A stretch of 64,000 bases of DNA from Chloroflexota bacterium (GTDB taxonomy: Bacteria > Chloroflexota > Anaerolineae > Anaerolineales > Anaerolineaceae). The notes beneath the pieces were generated by a model. That model worked only from the letters and a program-made list of their open reading frames with translations. It searched no databases and was not told the origin of the DNA. The DNA lies in assembly GCA_012522475.1 (NCBI GenBank), contig JAAYKH010000030.1, forward strand, positions 22,063 to 86,062, written 5' to 3'. Below, one piece after another: positions 9,580 through 20,192 of the stretch (its first letter is position 1; each line of letters opens with the position of its first letter). The translations under genes were made by a program, and so were the position numbers.

Positions 9580-10440
9580 CTATACAATATCGGCAAAGGT
9601 TTTTTCCATCCGCCGAAAATAATATAAACCGCTTACCAACAAGATCAACACCACCCCGGCAGAGATCAACATGGTCATATCGGGCGGTTCTGTACCCAAC
9701 AATGCCCAGCGAAATCCCTGAATCACCCCTACCATAGGGTTCAACCCATATAATAACCGCCAGGGGCCTGCCGGGATAATATCAATGGGGTAAACAATCG
9801 GAGAAGCATACATCCAAACCTGGATGATGAAGGGCACCATGTGCTGCACATCGCGATATTGCACATTCAACGCCGAAAGCCAGAGCCCAACGGCCAACGC
9901 GGTCAACAACGCCAGCAGGATAATCGGCAACAGCCACAGGTTATTCAGACTGGGCCAATGTCGATAGTAAATCATCACCCCCAGCAGAACCAGAAAAGAT
10001 ACTAAAAAATCCACCAGAGCTGCAAAAACTGTCGACAAAGGAATGGCGAGCCTGGGAAAGTAGATTTTGGTGATCAGGTTGGCATTTCCAACCAGGCTGA
10101 CACTCGACCGCTGCAAGGCCGTGGCAAACAACTGCCAGGGAAGCAGTGCAGACAGGGCAAATAATGGATAGGGCAGATTTTGGGAGGGTGTCTTTAACAA
10201 AATGCCAAAAATCATCGTGAAGATCAACACGGTTAATAATGGCTGCAGCAAAGCCCAGCTAACCCCCAGAATAGCCTGCTTGTACCGCACTTTGATATCA
10301 CGCCAGGTAAGGAAAAAGATCAACTCGCGATAACGCCATAGCTCTCGCAGGTCAAGCCCCAGCCAACCCTTTGCCGGACGCAGAAAGATCACAGGGGTCT
10401 GGTCTTTATTTTCTCGGGTAATTTCCGTCAACTTACACAA
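9580..10440 (-). CDS. wzm: Polysaccharide ABC-2 exporter permease
   Basis: RDIKVRYKQAILG, NLITKIYFPR, YRDVQH, LNPMVGVIQGFRWAL. Confidence 0.93.
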   Translation of the reverse strand: MCKLTEITRENKDQTPVIFLRPAKGWLGLDLRELWRYRELIFFLTWRDIKVRYKQAILGVSWALLQPLLTVLIFTMIFGILLKTPSQNLPYPLFALSALLPWQLFATALQRSSVSLVGNANLITKIYFPRLAIPLSTVFAALVDFLVSFLVLLGVMIYYRHWPSLNNLWLLPIILLALLTALAVGLWLSALNVQYRDVQHMVPFIIQVWMYASPIVYPIDIIPAGPWRLLYGLNPMVGVIQGFRWALLGTEPPDMTMLISAGVVLILLVSGLYYFRRMEKTFADIV

Positions 10441-11394
<954 letters not shown>

Positions 11395-11846
11395 TTAATC
11401 ATACCGATGTTTATCTTAGGTCATTCAATGTTTATCGTCAATCCACAACAATCGGGCAGGCATGCTGCAATTCTCTATTCAGTGGATCTGGTATTCAATA
11501 CAGGTCAGTCAAACGGACAAACTATAGACATTGCGATTCATCGCAGGATGAAATGTTAAATATAGTCCTGTATCATAACAGTGTAACGTACCAGCCTTCC
11601 AGCTGTAATTATATAGCCTAATTTGCGCCTTTGGCAGATTTTCTATCACTCAATCCAGAACTGTGCGTGTATTGAAAACACGCTTTACCGAAACCAATGA
11701 TCAAATTTTTCATTTCAGCCCTTGCAGGCCAAAAGGTATCAGGGTAATCATTGGCCTGAGAACGTAAAGCCTGGTCTTAATTAGGTTTTTTATCAGTTAC
11801 ATAAGTTATTAATTGCGTCATCACCAATTATTTTCTCGATGACCTG

Positions 11847-13859
11847 TTATTTAATTTTATCAATCGGTTTTGGGGCCAGGAGGGATATCTGACCATCATC
11901 GGCAGTAAACACAATCTCATAATACCGATCTATTGGCTTGGCAACGTATTTAACCCATGCATTATTTTCTTCAGCAAAAGGCTTTGTTTGATCTTTTAAT
12001 CCCAAGTGCAGGGGGCTAACAACAATCAAATCAAAGCGTTGTGTTTGGATATCGTTTTGGAATCTTTCTATATACGGCTCATTTTCTGACATTGCCATTT
12101 CCATCAAGAACACTTTCTCATATTCTGGCACCAATTTCACGCCCTCAATCAAACCAAAGGTGAGCAGATGGCGATCTTCGATGAAGAGCACTTCACCAGC
12201 TTCTTGAGTTCTTTGCTCGATTAATACTTGCATCTGTTCTATAACTTGCCAAGCCTTCGTTAAATCTGGGGTTGGATAAGGCCTCAAGGCATTGACGGTA
12301 AACAGAATTGGCAGTAACACAGCCAATAATATCAGTGTTAAAGGTGGATTCATCCGGGTCAATCGGGTCGGGTCATCTGCCGAAAACTGGTTAAATAGAA
12401 CGTAGACAGCCGTTACTGCCAGGAAAACCAGAAAAGCATCCAAATTGTGCAGGTTATTTCCCCCGCCGATCTTTGTGCTGACAACCAGGCCGGCAATTAA
12501 TAAAGCGGCGTGCAGGGTTAACAAAGCCAATAATCGCAGCGGTCGCCAAGCTTGTTTTGCAGTTAATACTCGCCAAAGGATGATAACAAACGCTGGTACA
12601 CTGGCAATCAACAACAGGTTGATTATACCCATGCCATAGGCTTCGTTTGGAAATAAGCGATAGATTAGTAACGGTGATTTAAAACTGGTAACAAAATCTT
12701 CTGCCGGTCGTCCGCTGAGAAAAATATAAGCCAGCGATGATCCAAATGCAATCAGCAAGCCTGAAAATGCAGTCAACACCGGCCAAAGCCAGTATTCCCA
12801 AAAGGATTGTTCATTGAGCGGTTTTTCTAAAATGTACATTGTGGCTGCCAGCATACCTGCCACGGGGAACCAGTTAACACGGCTGAAACCAGCCCATAAG
12901 GATGCCAACACCATTATAAAAAACGACCAGACAAGCTTATCCTTATTAAAGCCTAGCAATACAATAATGATGACTACCATCAAGTGAAAATAAACCGGGC
13001 CTTGAAAGGTAAACAGAGAAAACCAGGCAACAACACCCAGACCAATCCAAAAGTTTGCGGGTTTAATTCTTCTACTTAAAGCAATCCCCCCCGCCAGTGT
13101 CAATCCAATCCACAGCAATACTTGCCAAAGGCGATGACCCCATAACCCCAAACCTGGAATTAGAAATGCAGCAGATTGCATTAAATATCTTGAGGGATGC
13201 AAGGATGACCATGGCACCCGAAAACCATAAATCCTTTGTGAGAAAAATAAAGATGCATCATAAAACCATGTAGTTTCTGACCAGCCGATAGAAAATGGAT
13301 AAGCTTGAATATCAGGAATCCAGTACAGCACCCAAATTGCCAACCCGCACAGGCTGAAACCACCGATTAACGCCGATAAAGGTTTAACTCTTCCAGTGCC
13401 AATCAGCATCAGTGCACACAGCAGACTTAAATGCCCCAAAATAAAAAACTGCATCTGCTGATTCTGGAAGAGAAAAGATCCCTCAAAAAGGGTATGGTAG
13501 ATCAATAAGAAGATCAGAATTGTTACCAGCAACCAGTTTATAAAGCCCAGCTTTTTGAAGAGCTGGATTATTTTACGAGCAAATCGTATTGCTTGCACAC
13601 CAATACGTTGCTCTAGTAAAAATAGGCCTACCAATAAGGTCAGGGCATAAAGAAGTCCCGGCGACAATCTGACTAACATACTCCCCGAAAAACCCAGAAC
13701 AGACCCCAGCCCATAGGTTGCCAACAACGATGGTAAAACACTGATAAGAGTAACCAGTAAAGCCAAGAGGAGATAAACCCGCAGAATTGTCAATTGGCTC
13801 AGTTGAGGGCTTTCTGATGATGCGTTATTATGCAAGTTGATTTTATTCAGAAGAGGCAT
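11847..13859 (-). CDS. Multi-pass membrane protein, GT-C-like glycosyltransferase candidate
   Basis: Many hydrophobic segments; SIGWSETTWFYDAS loop; soluble C-terminal domain; sits in the glycan locus. Confidence 0.5.
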   Translation of the reverse strand: MPLLNKINLHNNASSESPQLSQLTILRVYLLLALLVTLISVLPSLLATYGLGSVLGFSGSMLVRLSPGLLYALTLLVGLFLLEQRIGVQAIRFARKIIQLFKKLGFINWLLVTILIFLLIYHTLFEGSFLFQNQQMQFFILGHLSLLCALMLIGTGRVKPLSALIGGFSLCGLAIWVLYWIPDIQAYPFSIGWSETTWFYDASLFFSQRIYGFRVPWSSLHPSRYLMQSAAFLIPGLGLWGHRLWQVLLWIGLTLAGGIALSRRIKPANFWIGLGVVAWFSLFTFQGPVYFHLMVVIIIVLLGFNKDKLVWSFFIMVLASLWAGFSRVNWFPVAGMLAATMYILEKPLNEQSFWEYWLWPVLTAFSGLLIAFGSSLAYIFLSGRPAEDFVTSFKSPLLIYRLFPNEAYGMGIINLLLIASVPAFVIILWRVLTAKQAWRPLRLLALLTLHAALLIAGLVVSTKIGGGNNLHNLDAFLVFLAVTAVYVLFNQFSADDPTRLTRMNPPLTLILLAVLLPILFTVNALRPYPTPDLTKAWQVIEQMQVLIEQRTQEAGEVLFIEDRHLLTFGLIEGVKLVPEYEKVFLMEMAMSENEPYIERFQNDIQTQRFDLIVVSPLHLGLKDQTKPFAEENNAWVKYVAKPIDRYYEIVFTADDGQISLLAPKPIDKIK

Positions 13860-14096
13860 CTTTATCTTTGACGATTAATGATGAGAGGCTGTCTATGGTG
13901 TTACTTTCAACATTAATTGAATTCGATGAACGGCACGGCTGGTGACATCTCTCAAACATCATTGAACATCCCCCTGGCAGAGGGGGGCGATGTTCGCAAG
14001 CGTATTTATTTGGAGCACTTTACTCAAAGGTCAGCCCGATCCTTGCGCAAAGTGCAATCATTTTTCAAACAAGCAATAATATGTTCGACAGACAAA

Positions 14097-15665
14097 TTAT
14101 AATGACGGGATATGATCTGTCAAGTCACCAGGCGGATGCTTGCGATCCCACAGCCAGCCGCCAACAATAACCCCCAAACTCAAGATAATGATCGCCCCAA
14201 CCATCTCCCACAAACCCAGCCGGGGAAAAAGAGGATAATAACGGCTTAGGTACCACTGGGTGAAAAACAACACAAAGATACCCTCAATTAAAAAAGTTCG
14301 TTTCAACCACCGATCGTGGGTATGCTTCGCAAAAGCCAAAGCCCAGCCTGACACAACTGCCATCCAGGGCAGAAAAAGTGTGCGGTAGCGTGGATTATCC
14401 CATTGGTCCCCTCCTGCACGGGCTGAAGCAATCAAAACCCAACCCCAAATAACAAGAACAAACGCCAGAATCATTTTACGTTGCAGAGACGGCGACAACC
14501 ACCAGGCTCGAAACAAGGCATAGGCTAATAAAGGAAATAGTAAATACCATCCCAAAGCCCTGAAGATGGCTAAACTATGCCATATTAGGGGAGCAGGTGC
14601 GGCTATTCCAGCTGGGAGTACGGGCTGTAAAACCCCATAGATAAAAATAAAGGGGAAGTGCAACCAGGTCGGTAGCTGACTCAGTTGAAATTGAACCCTG
14701 CCTGATTTAGTAATTGTTTGCTTGGCATCCCAATGCAAAACAGAGACCACCCAATCGCGCATAAGCCAAAATCCCAGCAGAATTCCAGCCAGGATCAATG
14801 CCCAGCCCAGTATTTTCATCCATTTTTTCGGCAACTCTGCTGATTTAATGACCCAAAGCCACAAAAACACAGCCCCAAATATCGGCAAAGCTGACCGGAA
14901 AGAAAACAAGAGCAAGCTGATAGTGCTGACCGCAAAGACAACCAGTGCTTTGCGATCTCGCGTTCTTTCCACCCATCGTGAAACCGACCAAAACAGCATG
15001 GTGAAAAACAGGATGATAAAGGGTTCCCGCATTTGCGATGCAGACAATAAAATACTTTCAGGGTAGAGAACCATAATCCAGCCTGCCCAGGTCGCGGCAC
15101 AAGGGCTGAGTTTACGGTTTAAACCCCTTATTAAAAATGGAATACTCAGCGCCATCGCACCGGCTGCCAATATCGTAATTAAAATTGGCCGGTGTTCATC
15201 TGGGCTAATATAGCGGTAAACAAAACTGCTTAACGCCAGCAAACCACCGTATTGATCAACCTCGTATTCTTCACTGAATGCCATTGACAATGGCTGGTCT
15301 GATTGTGCAAGCGCCCAGGCATTGCGATCCCGACGATAGGCGTCCTCAAAGACGTAACAAGCCTGTTGGATATCGATTTCATAACCAAATCGAGGCAAGC
15401 CCCAGGTCAAAATAACACCGTACCCCACCCTCAAGAGGAAAGCCAGAAACATCATTAAAGCCAGCGTCTTTCCAGTGCCGGCCTTCTTCCAAGCAACAAA
15501 TAAGATGCCTGCAACCACAATAATCATCAGCGAAGTTGATAAAAAGCCCCGCCAGAAATCACCCTGCTGCAAAACAGCCTGGATCAGGCCGCCCAGGCCA
15601 AGGCTGGCAAAAAAAACTATTCCGAGATGAGATAGCCATTGAGGACGCTGTTTTCGTTCAACCAT
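14097..15665 (-). CDS. Multi-pass membrane protein, GT-C-like/polymerase-like candidate
   Basis: Hydrophobic helices with an acidic loop (FEDAYRRD...EVDQYGG). Start trimmed to MVERKQ, overlapping the upstream stop. Confidence 0.5.
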   Translation of the reverse strand: MVERKQRPQWLSHLGIVFFASLGLGGLIQAVLQQGDFWRGFLSTSLMIIVVAGILFVAWKKAGTGKTLALMMFLAFLLRVGYGVILTWGLPRFGYEIDIQQACYVFEDAYRRDRNAWALAQSDQPLSMAFSEEYEVDQYGGLLALSSFVYRYISPDEHRPILITILAAGAMALSIPFLIRGLNRKLSPCAATWAGWIMVLYPESILLSASQMREPFIILFFTMLFWSVSRWVERTRDRKALVVFAVSTISLLLFSFRSALPIFGAVFLWLWVIKSAELPKKWMKILGWALILAGILLGFWLMRDWVVSVLHWDAKQTITKSGRVQFQLSQLPTWLHFPFIFIYGVLQPVLPAGIAAPAPLIWHSLAIFRALGWYLLFPLLAYALFRAWWLSPSLQRKMILAFVLVIWGWVLIASARAGGDQWDNPRYRTLFLPWMAVVSGWALAFAKHTHDRWLKRTFLIEGIFVLFFTQWYLSRYYPLFPRLGLWEMVGAIIILSLGVIVGGWLWDRKHPPGDLTDHIPSL

Positions 15666-17004
15666 TAATAACCTGAACCTTCTTTCGTTTCGGTAAAATC
15701 CACACTTCCCACGACCGATAAGCAGCCCACAACACCAAGAAAACCACGACTGTTTGCAGCGGCACCAGAAAGCGCGGATTGTCGCCATGGTCTATTAATG
15801 AGGAGGCCACAGCCGATGCCCAGACGGAACCTGCAAGTATCACATGGTAGGTCGTAATCTCCCATGCTTCCCATAGCCGTTTCGAAACCAAGATTAACAG
15901 GCTGGCAAAAACGAAGGTCAAATTGGCCACAAATAACAAAGCACGCATGCCAAGTATTAAAAGCGGCAACACGGAAGCCAATACTGGTGAGGAAATCCCG
16001 CCAGGGTTCCAGTAAACCGGCGCCCGCCAAAAGAGCCACCAACCCCTCAATACCCGAGAGAGATATTCGCCAGGGTGTGAACGAATCAGATCAATTGAGA
16101 TACTCTGTAACGTGCGTGAAAGCTGGTAAAAGTTTTGTCCGCTGGCCGCCTGCATGGCTGGGATCGCATCCCAGATGGCATTACCCTGGCTGCCTGTGTT
16201 AGCTATACGGGCATCTCGATAGTCCAGGTAGATTTCACGCAATTCAGCATAGTCATCCGGTACTGCCTCAAAATAATATCCAGTATGTTGCACCAGGTGA
16301 TAACCCGTCATGGTCGTCAGGCTAAACATATGATAGTTACTTTGTATCCAGCGCATCCACCCGCCAACCAACAGGATGGCTGGCAATAGCACCGCCACTA
16401 AAGGCTTCCATTGTATGTGGATCTTTTTTTTGTCAAAATTAATACCTAAGCTGAATGCCAGCCAGATCGGCATAAAAACAAACAACGGTCGGGCCAAAGC
16501 CGCCAGCGCGGCTGTTAGCCCAATTCCCAGCCCCAGCCACCAAGAACGGTGTTGGCGATCTTTGAGCCAAATAAATGCACCTAAAAAAGCCATCGTCAAC
16601 CAAAAAGTTGACAGCGTTTCAGTTAATAAATTTGCCTCAAAAAACAACTGCCCCGGGTTCAAGGTATGTGCTAGCGCTGCCAGCCCACCCACATAAGGTT
16701 TACCGCTTGCCCGATAGCCAATATAAAACCAGGCCAGGGTGATTCCTAAACCCAAAACCAATTGAGAGGCATAAACCACCCGATCAGAGCCAAAAAGCGC
16801 TATCCAGACGGGGTAACCTGGTGTACGTGTGCCGTCATAAACCTTAAATCCACCTAAAACAGCCTCAGCCGATCGACGATAACTATATGTATCGCTATAA
16901 GAAACTGGTGGATAACTGATGAACAACCATGCTCTCAGAACGATCGCAACGATCAAAACCATTGCCAACCAGATTAAAAGTCGTTTCTTTACCGGGTTAA
17001 TCAT
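15658..17004 (-). CDS. GT-C (PMT/ArnT-like, GT39/83) membrane glycosyltransferase
   Basis: YSDTYSY loop after TM1, RTPGYP, LLTETLS, ARP, and NPRF motifs typical of PMT_2-like proteins. Confidence 0.65.
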   Translation of the reverse strand: MINPVKKRLLIWLAMVLIVAIVLRAWLFISYPPVSYSDTYSYRRSAEAVLGGFKVYDGTRTPGYPVWIALFGSDRVVYASQLVLGLGITLAWFYIGYRASGKPYVGGLAALAHTLNPGQLFFEANLLTETLSTFWLTMAFLGAFIWLKDRQHRSWWLGLGIGLTAALAALARPLFVFMPIWLAFSLGINFDKKKIHIQWKPLVAVLLPAILLVGGWMRWIQSNYHMFSLTTMTGYHLVQHTGYYFEAVPDDYAELREIYLDYRDARIANTGSQGNAIWDAIPAMQAASGQNFYQLSRTLQSISIDLIRSHPGEYLSRVLRGWWLFWRAPVYWNPGGISSPVLASVLPLLILGMRALLFVANLTFVFASLLILVSKRLWEAWEITTYHVILAGSVWASAVASSLIDHGDNPRFLVPLQTVVVFLVLWAAYRSWEVWILPKRKKVQVING

Positions 17005-17030
17005 TAGCGCAATTTCACCACAAATTTAAT

Positions 17031-18155
17031 TTAAAGCAATCCCTCTAAAGCCCGTTCAGCCCGAGATTGCCAAGTATAAGCCTCAACCGCAGCCCTGGCA
17101 ACTTGCCCTAAAGCCCGGGCCGCGGCAGGATTGGCTTGCAGTTGCTCTAAAGCCATAACCCAGGTCTGCAGGTCATCTGGGGGGCAAAAAATTGCCATTG
17201 AATCGTTCAAGACTTCACGAATTACAGGCAGGTCACTGCTGATGATTGCCCGGCCTGCCGCCATATATTCAAACATTTTCATCGGGCTGGCGATTTTCGC
17301 TGAATCTCCGCCCCCGCTACCAGCAATTTGCCAGCCGTAGGGCATCAGAAGTACGTCTGCCGCCGCTTGATATTGCGGAAGAGCTGCATTACTCACAAAC
17401 CCGGTCAGGGTCAGGTTGTTAAGGCCCTCTGAAAGCACCCTGTGCTTCCAATAATCAACATCAGCAGCCTCGCCCCCAACCCACAGGAATTGCACCTGCG
17501 GCATGGTCTTTGCTAGGTTGAACATCAACGCCATCCCCCGTCCAGCATAAAAGTGCCCGGTGTATCCGGCTGTGAACCGCTCGGGTAAGCCCAGCATCTG
17601 GCGGGCTCGCGAAGCATCGGGTAAGCCCTGGTAACGCTCTAATTCAATGCCGTTGGGTGCGACCTGGATATCCAGGTCCCCCGATTTGAGATCAAAATTA
17701 TCCATCAACACTTGTTTGAGGGCATTGGTGTTGGTCAACAAACGCTGACGCGTTTTCGAGGCAGAAAAACGCCGGAATAACCACGGTCCAACTTTACCCG
17801 TCACACGGTCGTGCAGTTCAAGGACTGTCGGTATCTGGCTCCACAATGCTAATACAGCAACTTGGAGCATCCAGGTATATACGAGATCAGCGCCCATTTT
17901 TTGCGCCTGACCCACGGCTTTAAGGGCAAAGCCATAGCGTTTATGGGCCAGGTTTTCAGGAATCCAAACGATCTCCAAAGGGTGCTGAATCCCATAATGC
18001 GCCTGAAGGTTTTTTGAAGGTGTAGGTTGTTCACCCGGAACGATTAAGGTTACTTGATGCCCTAATTCAGCTAAGGCGTGGGTTGCTTTAACGACCTGAA
18101 GGCTGTTAGCAGCGTTGGATGGAACAAATGAAGCGCTAATGCTGACAATTTTCAT
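17031..18155 (-). CDS. Glycosyltransferase family 4
   Basis: ADVLLMPY...SPMKMFEYMAAGRAIISSDLP. Start trimmed to MKIVSIS. Confidence 0.9.
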   Translation of the reverse strand: MKIVSISASFVPSNAANSLQVVKATHALAELGHQVTLIVPGEQPTPSKNLQAHYGIQHPLEIVWIPENLAHKRYGFALKAVGQAQKMGADLVYTWMLQVAVLALWSQIPTVLELHDRVTGKVGPWLFRRFSASKTRQRLLTNTNALKQVLMDNFDLKSGDLDIQVAPNGIELERYQGLPDASRARQMLGLPERFTAGYTGHFYAGRGMALMFNLAKTMPQVQFLWVGGEAADVDYWKHRVLSEGLNNLTLTGFVSNAALPQYQAAADVLLMPYGWQIAGSGGGDSAKIASPMKMFEYMAAGRAIISSDLPVIREVLNDSMAIFCPPDDLQTWVMALEQLQANPAAARALGQVARAAVEAYTWQSRAERALEGLL

Positions 18156-18455
18156 AATTAATCCGTCGGATTGCGGCGCCAAACTGAGGGTCATTTTTTG
18201 AGATCGGCAAAAAGCAATTCCAACGAATGAAAATATACCACATGAAATCGTTTTTAACCGGCTGCAAAAATGATGTGCTCTCAAAAACTTGAACCCATAT
18301 CAGCAAACCCAAACAAAACGATATATTTTAATCTTATATTTAATATGTCAACAAAGTTTACAGAAATGAAGTAAAATCAACGTTCTAATGACACTTAATA
18401 AATTGCTGAGCGCAACCGCAAAACGGGTGTTTTTAATAACAAATCCATTCACAAG

Positions 18456-19358
18456 ATGAAATATCGAGAATTAAAACAACTTCCCTTTCTATTCCAGATT
18501 CTTATCCTGCTCGGAATGATTCTGCCAAGATGGCTTGGCTTATTAATGGCCAGTATCATTGGAACCGTTATGGGCAGCCTTAAATTATTGCCCCAGAATC
18601 GAGCTATTCGTGCGAATCAATGGGTGATTCATGACCAGCAGCTTTCTAAAAAAGAATTAAGGCAATACCCTCGGATTGTTTTTCGGTCGGTTTCCAAGTG
18701 TTTTTTCGATTATTTCTACTTTCTCACTCGACCAGAAAAATTAGAGGAAATTGTTCATTTCAGCCCCGAGGCACAAGCGGTTATCAAACGCATTGAAAAC
18801 AACGAGCCTTGTGTGATCGTCTGCCCTCACTTGAGTAATTTTGACCTGATGGGCTATGCATTGGCCATCCACAATGTCCGCATCCAGGTGCTATCTTTTC
18901 CAGACCCGGTGGCCACTTATCGCTGGCAAAATCAACTGCGTCATCGAGAAGGAATCGTCGTGACGCCCATGAGTCTGAGCGCATTTCGACAAGCCCGACA
19001 GCGTTTACGCGAAGGAGGCAGTGTGTTGACTGGTCTTGACCGTCCACTTGAAAAGGCTGCTCACGAAAAGTATCAGCCCCAATTCTTCGGGTACCCAACA
19101 CATTTACCGGTTGCGTATGCTCGCATGGCCTTAGAAGCCAATGTGCCTGTATTTGTGTTTGCCGCCGCTTACCTGCCTAATGGTAAATACTATTTGGAGG
19201 GTTCAGCGCCCATCTGGATGGAACCACACGATGACCTTGAAACAGAAATACTGGCAAACGTCCACAAAGTCCTCGATGTCGCTGAAGTGCTGATCAGAAA
19301 ATACCCCCAGCAGTGGGCAATGTTTTATCCTGTATGGCCTCAATTCCTGGGCATATAA
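18456..19358 (+). CDS. Lysophospholipid acyltransferase family (HtrB/PatA-like)
   Basis: PHLSNFD (HxxxxD) catalytic motif; FFGYPT; QWAMFYPVW C-terminus. Confidence 0.85.
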   Translation: MKYRELKQLPFLFQILILLGMILPRWLGLLMASIIGTVMGSLKLLPQNRAIRANQWVIHDQQLSKKELRQYPRIVFRSVSKCFFDYFYFLTRPEKLEEIVHFSPEAQAVIKRIENNEPCVIVCPHLSNFDLMGYALAIHNVRIQVLSFPDPVATYRWQNQLRHREGIVVTPMSLSAFRQARQRLREGGSVLTGLDRPLEKAAHEKYQPQFFGYPTHLPVAYARMALEANVPVFVFAAAYLPNGKYYLEGSAPIWMEPHDDLETEILANVHKVLDVAEVLIRKYPQQWAMFYPVWPQFLGI

Positions 19359-19376
19359 CCAGAAAGGTGAATTTAA

Positions 19377-20093
19377 ATGCCAAAAGTTGAAAAACATAAA
19401 AGAGAAAATAAAATCCTGCTGGGCTTTTTAGAACGACCCGCTCTGCGCTGGCTGGCAGCGCATATGCCCACCTGGGTGACCCCGGACATCCTAACCTGGA
19501 TCGGAATTGGCGCATCTGTTCTAATTTTCGTCAGTTATTGCCTCACCAACATCAGCCCCAATTACCTCTGGTTAGCCAATCTGGGTTTTTTTCTCAACTG
19601 GTTTGGCGATAGTCTGGACGGCACACTGGCGCGTTACCGCAAAATCGAACGTCCGCGTTACGGCTTTCTGATCGATCACTGGATTGATGCCATCAGCACC
19701 CTGTTGATCTTCCTCGGGCTGGGCCTCTCGCCCTATGTTAATTTGCTGGTAGCCAGCCTGGCTGTAATCAGCTATTTATTGGTGTCTATCATGGTGTACC
19801 TGATCACCTATGTGACCGGTATTTTCACCATTACCAACGCTTATATCGGCCCAACAGAAATCCGTCTGCTGGCTGTCATTATCAATATCATCATCTTCTA
19901 TAGCGGTGAGGTTACCTACAACCTGCCATGGGTGGGTGAGACAAGTTTGTTTACCCTGGTCACAGGTGCTCTGGCTTTAATCATGTTCCTCTACTTCATG
20001 ACCAATACTGCCATACAAGCCTACAAATTAAAGCTTTTAGATGAAAAGCGCCTTGAACGAAAACTGGCTAAAGAGCGCGAACAACAGGACTAA
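19377..20093 (+). CDS. CDP-alcohol phosphatidyltransferase
   Basis: DSLDGTLARYR...RYGFLIDHWID signature. Confidence 0.9.
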   Translation: MPKVEKHKRENKILLGFLERPALRWLAAHMPTWVTPDILTWIGIGASVLIFVSYCLTNISPNYLWLANLGFFLNWFGDSLDGTLARYRKIERPRYGFLIDHWIDAISTLLIFLGLGLSPYVNLLVASLAVISYLLVSIMVYLITYVTGIFTITNAYIGPTEIRLLAVIINIIIFYSGEVTYNLPWVGETSLFTLVTGALALIMFLYFMTNTAIQAYKLKLLDEKRLERKLAKEREQQD

Positions 20094-20192
20094 TGCTGGT
20101 CATTTTGCGGCTTTTTTTCGATGCGTATGATGCCGATAAAGTAAACTGCCTGTTCGCCGCACTGCCTATGATGAAAGTGTGAAAACAGTCTG

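Noticed and set aside
11847-13859. Lower GC suggesting horizontal transfer (also the middle of serA, ~40080-40720)
   Set aside because: My spot counts give roughly 35-45% GC. Hydrophobic F/I/L-rich proteins are naturally AT-biased and there are no mobility signatures, so the evidence is too weak.
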